Origin: Cytophagales bacterium
Lineage (GTDB): Bacteria; Bacteroidota; Bacteroidia; Cytophagales; UBA9547
Reading direction: 5' to 3'
NCBI GenBank assembly: GCA_044349205.1
Contig: JBIKRJ010000002.1
Coordinates: 1 to 40,716, forward strand
DNA: 40,716 nt
Shown one piece after another: positions 35,896-40,716 of this stretch. Position numbers and translations under genes: made by a program. The notes under the pieces are model-generated. The model did no database searches and was not told the origin of the DNA. It saw only the letters and a list, made by a program, of their open reading frames with translations. Numbering within the stretch: the first letter of the stretch is position 1; each line of letters opens with the position of its first letter.

Positions 35896-38800
35896 TTAAG
35901 CTTCTGTATTTCTAATTTTAGTCAAATAGGAAACGTTGGGGCGTACGTTGATTTCCTCCAAAACATGGTACATACGCTTGTTATACTCTTGTTCCATTAA
36001 TTGATAAATTTTACTGTCTTTGTCATTCATATCTCCAAAAACTATCGCTTCTGAAGGACATGATTGCGAACAAGCAGTTTCAATTTCGCCGTCAACAGGT
36101 CTTCTATTATTCTTTTTAGCATTCAATTTTCCTTCCTGGATTCTTTGAACACACAAAGAACATTTCTCCATCACTCCACGCGCGCGCACAGTTACGTCAG
36201 GATTAAGAACCATTTTACCCAAATCCAAATCTTCATTGAAATTGAAGAGTTCGTTTTCGGCATATCTAAACCAATTGAACCTACGAACTTTGTAAGGGCA
36301 GTTGTTGGCACAATACCTAGTGCCAATACAACGGTTGTACGTCATTTGATTTAAGCCTTCGCTACTATGGGTAGTGGCAGCAACAGGACATACAGTTTCG
36401 CAAGGAGCATTATTGCAATGCTGGCACATCATAGGCTGGAACACCACTTTCGGATTTTCCGAAGGATCTTCCATGTCCCTGTACATGTCAATAGCGCCAA
36501 TCTTGTTCTCTTCTGCTTTTTCGTGAGTCATGTCACTGGTATAATATCTATCGATACGAATCCAATGCATTTCACGGCTATTCAATATTTCTTGCTTACC
36601 TACAACAGGAACATTGTTTTCTGCTTGACAGCTCAGAACACAATTTCCACAACCAGTACAAGCATTCAAATCGATGACCATACCCCATGAATGGTTAGTA
36701 CGCTCACGCATTTTCCACATAGACAAGTCTGTGGCAGACACTAGGCCATCGGCCGTGGCAACCTTAGGAAAATATCTTCCGGCAGCAGGGTTTTTCTTGT
36801 ATTCAGCTAATGTTGATTCTTGTACTATATCCCTACCCATTATAGTTTGATGGGATTGGGTTTGTGCTATCTTATAATTCTCGCCTGTTGATAAAACTTC
36901 TACACCACTAGTAACAGAATAATTACTGAAACCATTTGCAACTGCAATCAAAGGATAAGCGCTTACGCCTAGTCCGTTACCAGCTTTACCCACTTTTTCC
37001 CTGCCAAATCCCACAGCAATACCAACAGTATCAGGTGCTTGACCAGGCTGAACCAATACAGGAATAGTCAAGGAAACGCCATTGGCTTTTAGAGTTACTC
37101 GTTGCGTATTACCAAACTCCATTTTTATGTTGAGTTTTTTGGCAAGAGAAATAGGTATGGTAAGATAGTTTTCCCAAGTAGCCTTTGTGATAGGATCTGG
37201 AAACTCCAAAATCCAAGGGTTGTTGGCAAGACCATTTGAACCATGCCCCATACCTACTTTTTCATACACCACTAGTTCAAGTCCTTCCGATTTGGCTTTG
37301 TAGCGTTTTGAAACAGCACTTGCAGCCGAGGATACATCGCCAGAAAAAGACAAATTTGACGAACTCGCAGGCAATTCAAATACACCATCATACAATGACT
37401 TGTCCCAAAAGGCTTGGAAAGAAGTATATTTTGATTGCTTGGGGAATAAATTAGTTTTCCAAAAACTGGTAAGGTAGGTATAGGAATCTACTGGAGAACC
37501 TGTCCAAGCCGTAAAACTTTCAACAGCAGCCCTTGTTTTGAACAAAGGCGTAATTGTAGGTTGAATCAAACTGTAAGAACCTGTTTTAGGTTCGGCATCT
37601 GACCAAGATTCCAAATAGTGGTGATCGGGAGTAATAAAGTCACACAAAGAGGATGTTTCGTCGATTCTATCAGAAAACGATACTTTCATCGCAACTTTTG
37701 AAAGACTAGAAGCCAATTCTTTTCCGAAAGCACTGGCATACACAGGATTGGAATTGTAGAATAAAACGGCGCCTACACTACCACCTTTTACCTTCGATAC
37801 AAAATCGGCGAAAGCAGCGTCATTACCCAATTTTACATTAGACTTTCTTGATGTATCAATCGTGCTACCGTAGCTAGCCAACAAATTGTTGATAGCATTC
37901 ACCAAAATTTGAACGGCAGGATCATTTGAACCAGAAACTACTAGTGATAAACCTTTAGTTTTAACGAGCTCTTCGGCGGCTAATTTCAAATTACTCAAGT
38001 CGGAAAGCTGTGTAGTGCTAATCGAGGCCGCACCAAGTTTACCCGCTACCAAATTGTATAAATTGGCTACTACCAAACCTTCCTGTGAGGGTTTAATCAT
38101 CGTCCTGTAATCGGCATTTGCTCCAGTAAGAGACATGATTGACTCAAACTGGAAGTGCTTTGACATTGCAGGGTTTTTCTCAGAAATTTTTCTTGTCTTG
38201 GAATACTGTTTGGCATACTCGGAAGAAGACAACCATGTACCCAAGAAATCTGCTCCTATACTTACGATTGTTTTGGCTTTGCTGAAATCATAAGATGGAA
38301 TAAAAGCTGAACCAAAGCTAATTTCGTTTGCTTTTGAGATTCCATAAGCGGAAACGGGATCAACCGCAACCACTTTAGCCGAGTATTTCGCAGCAAATGC
38401 TGAAATAGCCGCATTCAATGAAGGGCTAGAAACGGTAGAAGTCACTACATACACTGCTTTGCCAGCGGCTACCACCTCTTGTAATTTCGATATTATTTTC
38501 TTGTCGGCAGCTTCAAATGATATTTCGGCTCCTTTTTCTTGGAATGAGCGTAATCTTGCACCGTCGTACAATCCCAAAACTGAAGCTTGAGCCCTTACGC
38601 TCGTGGCGCCAGCCGAAACAGCAGATTTTTTGTTTCCTTCGATTTTAATGGGGCGACCTTCGCGCGTTTTTACCACCACGCTAGCGTAATCGCCACCATC
38701 TACATAGCTTGAAGCGTACCAATTGGCATTGGTAGGATCCACATCCTCTGGCTTTATCAAGTATGGAATAGCCTTTTTTACAGGAGTTTCGCAAGCGGCT

Positions 38801-38997
38801 AGCGATGCAGCAGCAACGCTAAAACCGAGAAACTTTAAAAAATCACGACGGTTGCTACCTTCTTCGGCAATCGAGTCGCTATTGACATTTAACTCTTTAG
38901 AAGAAAACTCTGGAAATTCTTTAATCGAATTCTTAATGAACTCCGGATGGTTGTTCAATTCTTCAAGACCTTTCCAATAGGTTTTAGTGCTTTCCAT
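35896..38997 (-). CDS. actB: Alternative complex III subunit ActB (Tat-exported molybdopterin-oxidoreductase-like domain fused to a 4Fe-4S ferredoxin domain)
   Basis: The preferred start is MESTKTYWKGLEEL (ATG at 38997). Twin-arginine motif SNRRDFLKFLGFSVAAASLAAC. Cys clusters CTGCGNCVLSC, CQHCNNAPCETVCP, CIGTRYCANNCPYKVRRFN, CSLCVQR and CSQSCP. Confidence 0.9.
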   Translation of the reverse strand: MESTKTYWKGLEELNNHPEFIKNSIKEFPEFSSKELNVNSDSIAEEGSNRRDFLKFLGFSVAAASLAACETPVKKAIPYLIKPEDVDPTNANWYASSYVDGGDYASVVVKTREGRPIKIEGNKKSAVSAGATSVRAQASVLGLYDGARLRSFQEKGAEISFEAADKKIISKLQEVVAAGKAVYVVTSTVSSPSLNAAISAFAAKYSAKVVAVDPVSAYGISKANEISFGSAFIPSYDFSKAKTIVSIGADFLGTWLSSSEYAKQYSKTRKISEKNPAMSKHFQFESIMSLTGANADYRTMIKPSQEGLVVANLYNLVAGKLGAASISTTQLSDLSNLKLAAEELVKTKGLSLVVSGSNDPAVQILVNAINNLLASYGSTIDTSRKSNVKLGNDAAFADFVSKVKGGSVGAVLFYNSNPVYASAFGKELASSLSKVAMKVSFSDRIDETSSLCDFITPDHHYLESWSDAEPKTGSYSLIQPTITPLFKTRAAVESFTAWTGSPVDSYTYLTSFWKTNLFPKQSKYTSFQAFWDKSLYDGVFELPASSSNLSFSGDVSSAASAVSKRYKAKSEGLELVVYEKVGMGHGSNGLANNPWILEFPDPITKATWENYLTIPISLAKKLNIKMEFGNTQRVTLKANGVSLTIPVLVQPGQAPDTVGIAVGFGREKVGKAGNGLGVSAYPLIAVANGFSNYSVTSGVEVLSTGENYKIAQTQSHQTIMGRDIVQESTLAEYKKNPAAGRYFPKVATADGLVSATDLSMWKMRERTNHSWGMVIDLNACTGCGNCVLSCQAENNVPVVGKQEILNSREMHWIRIDRYYTSDMTHEKAEENKIGAIDMYRDMEDPSENPKVVFQPMMCQHCNNAPCETVCPVAATTHSSEGLNQMTYNRCIGTRYCANNCPYKVRRFNWFRYAENELFNFNEDLDLGKMVLNPDVTVRARGVMEKCSLCVQRIQEGKLNAKKNNRRPVDGEIETACSQSCPSEAIVFGDMNDKDSKIYQLMEQEYNKRMYHVLEEINVRPNVSYLTKIRNTEA

Positions 38998-39028
38998 AGG
39001 TGCTTCGGTACAGAAACTGAATCTTATA

Positions 39029-40267
39029 TTAATAATGACATTTTGAACACTCAAGACCTCCAATATCTTTTACCTTCAAGGGGTCTTTGGAAGTCTGTTT
39101 GTGCAAAACAACCAATTTATCGTAGTATCCATTGCCTTCTGTGTTAACAGGAGTCTCTCTGTGGCAATTGATACACCAACCCATGGTAAGTGGGGAATAT
39201 TGTTGTACCACTTCCATCTCTTCGATAGGGCCGTGGCACGTTTTACATTCCAAGCCACCCACTTTCACGTGTTGAGCATGGTTAAAATAAGCCAAATCGG
39301 GAAGATTGTGTACTCGTACCCATTCAATAGGCTTATTGTTTCTAACTGCCTCAAAGAGTCCCCTTAGCTTGGGCGAATCTGTTTTGATGGCATTGTGACA
39401 ATTCATACAAATATTGGCAGAAGGAATATTAGCAGATTTGCTTCTATTTACTCCAGTATGGCAATAGTTACAATCTATCTTGTATTTACCAGCGTGTACT
39501 TTGTGCGAAAATGGAATGGGCTGTTTGGGCGCATATCCTTGTTGCATTCCCAAATCCATCAAACCATCCAAACCTGCTTTACCTATGAAGCAGACAAAGA
39601 AAAATCCAACAAAAAACTTAAATGCCTTGCTTGTAATAACTGCCTGAATATCAAATTTCTGTTCAATCAAATATTTATCCTCTTCAGTAAGTCTATCTTT
39701 TTGGTTAATTATTTTAGTCAAAACAGACATTATCAAAACCAATACTATGACAATAAGTGCAAGCAATGCAATAAATACCATTAGAAGAATATTTAAGAAA
39801 CCAGCATCTTCTTTTGGTTTCGCTTCTTCTGTTGTAGAGCCATCGGCGGGGGCTGCAGCGGTAGCTTTTGCAGGTGCGGTCTTGATATATTCTAAAATCG
39901 ACAAAACTTCATCGTCAGAAAAAGCAAAGCTTGGCATAGCCTGTTTGGCATATTGCTCATATATAGCCACCGCTTGTTTGTCGCCTGAAGCAACCAAGGC
40001 TTGTGAATTTTTTATCCATTTCAACAACCAAGCCTGGTTGTGTTTGGTATGTACATTGCGAAGGGCTGGGCCAACCACTACCTCATCCATAGCATGGCAC
40101 GAGGCACAGTTGTTATCAAACAAAGCCTGACCTTTTGCCGCCATTTCGGCATTTCCTGCTGCAGCAGGCGCATCTTGACAGAATACTTGCAGGGAGAAAA
40201 GGAGGGAGAAAATGGCTACTAATATCGGCCTAAAAACCTTGAAGATAGAAGTGAAGCTATAATTCAT
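39029..40267 (-). CDS. actA: Alternative complex III subunit ActA: pentaheme cytochrome c domain preceded by an extra N-terminal monoheme class-I cytochrome c domain and a TM helix
   Basis: Signal peptide, then six CxxCH motifs: CASCH (N-terminal domain), CNYCH, CMNCH, CKTCH, CINCH and CSKCH. A hydrophobic helix FLNILLMVFIALLALIVIVLVLIMSVL separates the two parts. Confidence 0.85.
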   Translation of the reverse strand: MNYSFTSIFKVFRPILVAIFSLLFSLQVFCQDAPAAAGNAEMAAKGQALFDNNCASCHAMDEVVVGPALRNVHTKHNQAWLLKWIKNSQALVASGDKQAVAIYEQYAKQAMPSFAFSDDEVLSILEYIKTAPAKATAAAPADGSTTEEAKPKEDAGFLNILLMVFIALLALIVIVLVLIMSVLTKIINQKDRLTEEDKYLIEQKFDIQAVITSKAFKFFVGFFFVCFIGKAGLDGLMDLGMQQGYAPKQPIPFSHKVHAGKYKIDCNYCHTGVNRSKSANIPSANICMNCHNAIKTDSPKLRGLFEAVRNNKPIEWVRVHNLPDLAYFNHAQHVKVGGLECKTCHGPIEEMEVVQQYSPLTMGWCINCHRETPVNTEGNGYYDKLVVLHKQTSKDPLKVKDIGGLECSKCHY

Positions 40268-40316
40268 AAACTGTTATAAAAAGCCCTTAATTGTATGACC
40301 CGATTTTTACCACATG

Positions 40317-40347
40317 CAAATCTAACATGGGATTCTAACTAAACAAA
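40317..40347 (-). promoter_or_regulatory. Candidate Bacteroidota sigma-A-type promoter (TTTG-N19-TAGATTTG) for the act-cox gene string
   Basis: The minus strand reads TTTG (40347-40344), a 19 nt spacer, then TAGATTTG (40324-40317). This lies 49 nt upstream of the actA ATG, within a 233 nt intergenic region. Confidence 0.4.
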
Positions 40348-40500
40348 CACAAATAATTCGCCCAAAACTGCTCCTACATACTCTCACAGCTCATCTGTGT
40401 GCTAAAACACTCAATTTCAAAGAAAATGAGTAGAAAGAACTATTTATTTAGAATGATTTTAAATTAGACTCAAAAGGTGGAAAACCCTAGTCTATGTGAA

Positions 40501-40716
40501 CTAATTTTTGACCGATAATTCCTCTGCTCTCAGTTTGGCATTCCTAATCCCTTTTTCTATTGAAGAAGCCACATGCTCTGTTTCAAAGATTCGAAGAGCC
40601 GCTTCAGTTGTGCCACCTTTCGATGCTACCGCTTTTATCAACTCGTCGAATTCTACTTGACTATCCGTTGCCAAATGATAAGCGCCCAGCATGGTTTCAC
40701 AAGCTAGCTCCTTTGC
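40501..40716 (-). CDS. proC: Pyrroline-5-carboxylate reductase, C-terminal part. The gene continues beyond the window end.
   Basis: The C-terminal dimerisation-domain motif VASKGGTTEAALRIFE...IRNAKLRAEELS is characteristic of P5C reductase. The reading frame stays open to the window edge. Confidence 0.7.
   Translation of the reverse strand, partial: AKELACETMLGAYHLATDSQVEFDELIKAVASKGGTTEAALRIFETEHVASSIEKGIRNAKLRAEELSVKN

Noticed and set aside
38998-39063. Longer ActB start (ORF-track 39063) overlapping the actA 3' end
   Set aside because: The 22 aa extension (MEVLSVQNVIINIRFSFCTEAP) is not signal-like and overlaps actA by 35 nt. The internal ATG at 38997 gives the expected N-terminus followed by the twin-arginine motif.
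39395-40130. Two overlapping plus-strand ORFs of 129 aa and 127 aa antisense to actA
   Set aside because: The six in-frame CxxCH motifs validate actA on the minus strand. The antisense ORFs have no features of their own.
40466-40493. Hairpin downstream of proC as a terminator
   Set aside because: It has only a 6 bp stem (TAGACT/AGTCTA) with a ~16 nt loop, which is too weak to call.

Overview
This 40.7 kb window appears to be chromosomal DNA from a member of Bacteroidota. The evidence for that placement is a T9SS C-terminal sorting domain, a Fibrobacter-type (FISUMP) paralogous domain, candidate TTTG-N19-TAnnTTTG promoters, and an ACIII-plus-aa3 oxidase gene cluster. No rRNA, tRNA, CRISPR array or mobile element was seen. 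The window falls into three blocks. (1) 306-14469 is an accessory-looking envelope locus. It holds a T9SS-sorted GH19 chitinase, a gamma-carbonic-anhydrase-like LbH protein, and two large paralogous TPR-CHAT (caspase-like) proteins. Both CHAT proteins carry signal peptides and sit on diverging strands around a TonB-dependent barrel, two lipocalin-like lipoproteins and a small membrane-anchored protein. This is my best candidate for an undescribed system. (2) 14574-23655 holds housekeeping genes (dnaN, a GT2 glycosyltransferase, rnhA, purD, leuB, thiL), two uncharacterised envelope proteins, and a FISUMP lipoprotein. The N-terminal module of the FISUMP lipoprotein is paralogous to the lipoprotein beside the first CHAT gene. 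(3) 23658-40267 is a single-strand respiratory gene string of about 16.6 kb: actABCDEF (alternative complex III), coxII, coxI, ctaA, ctaB, two subunit-III genes, subunit IV, SCO1, DUF420, a small CxxC membrane protein and DUF983. A partial proC follows at the window edge. All functional calls come from reading motifs in the supplied translations. No database search was run.
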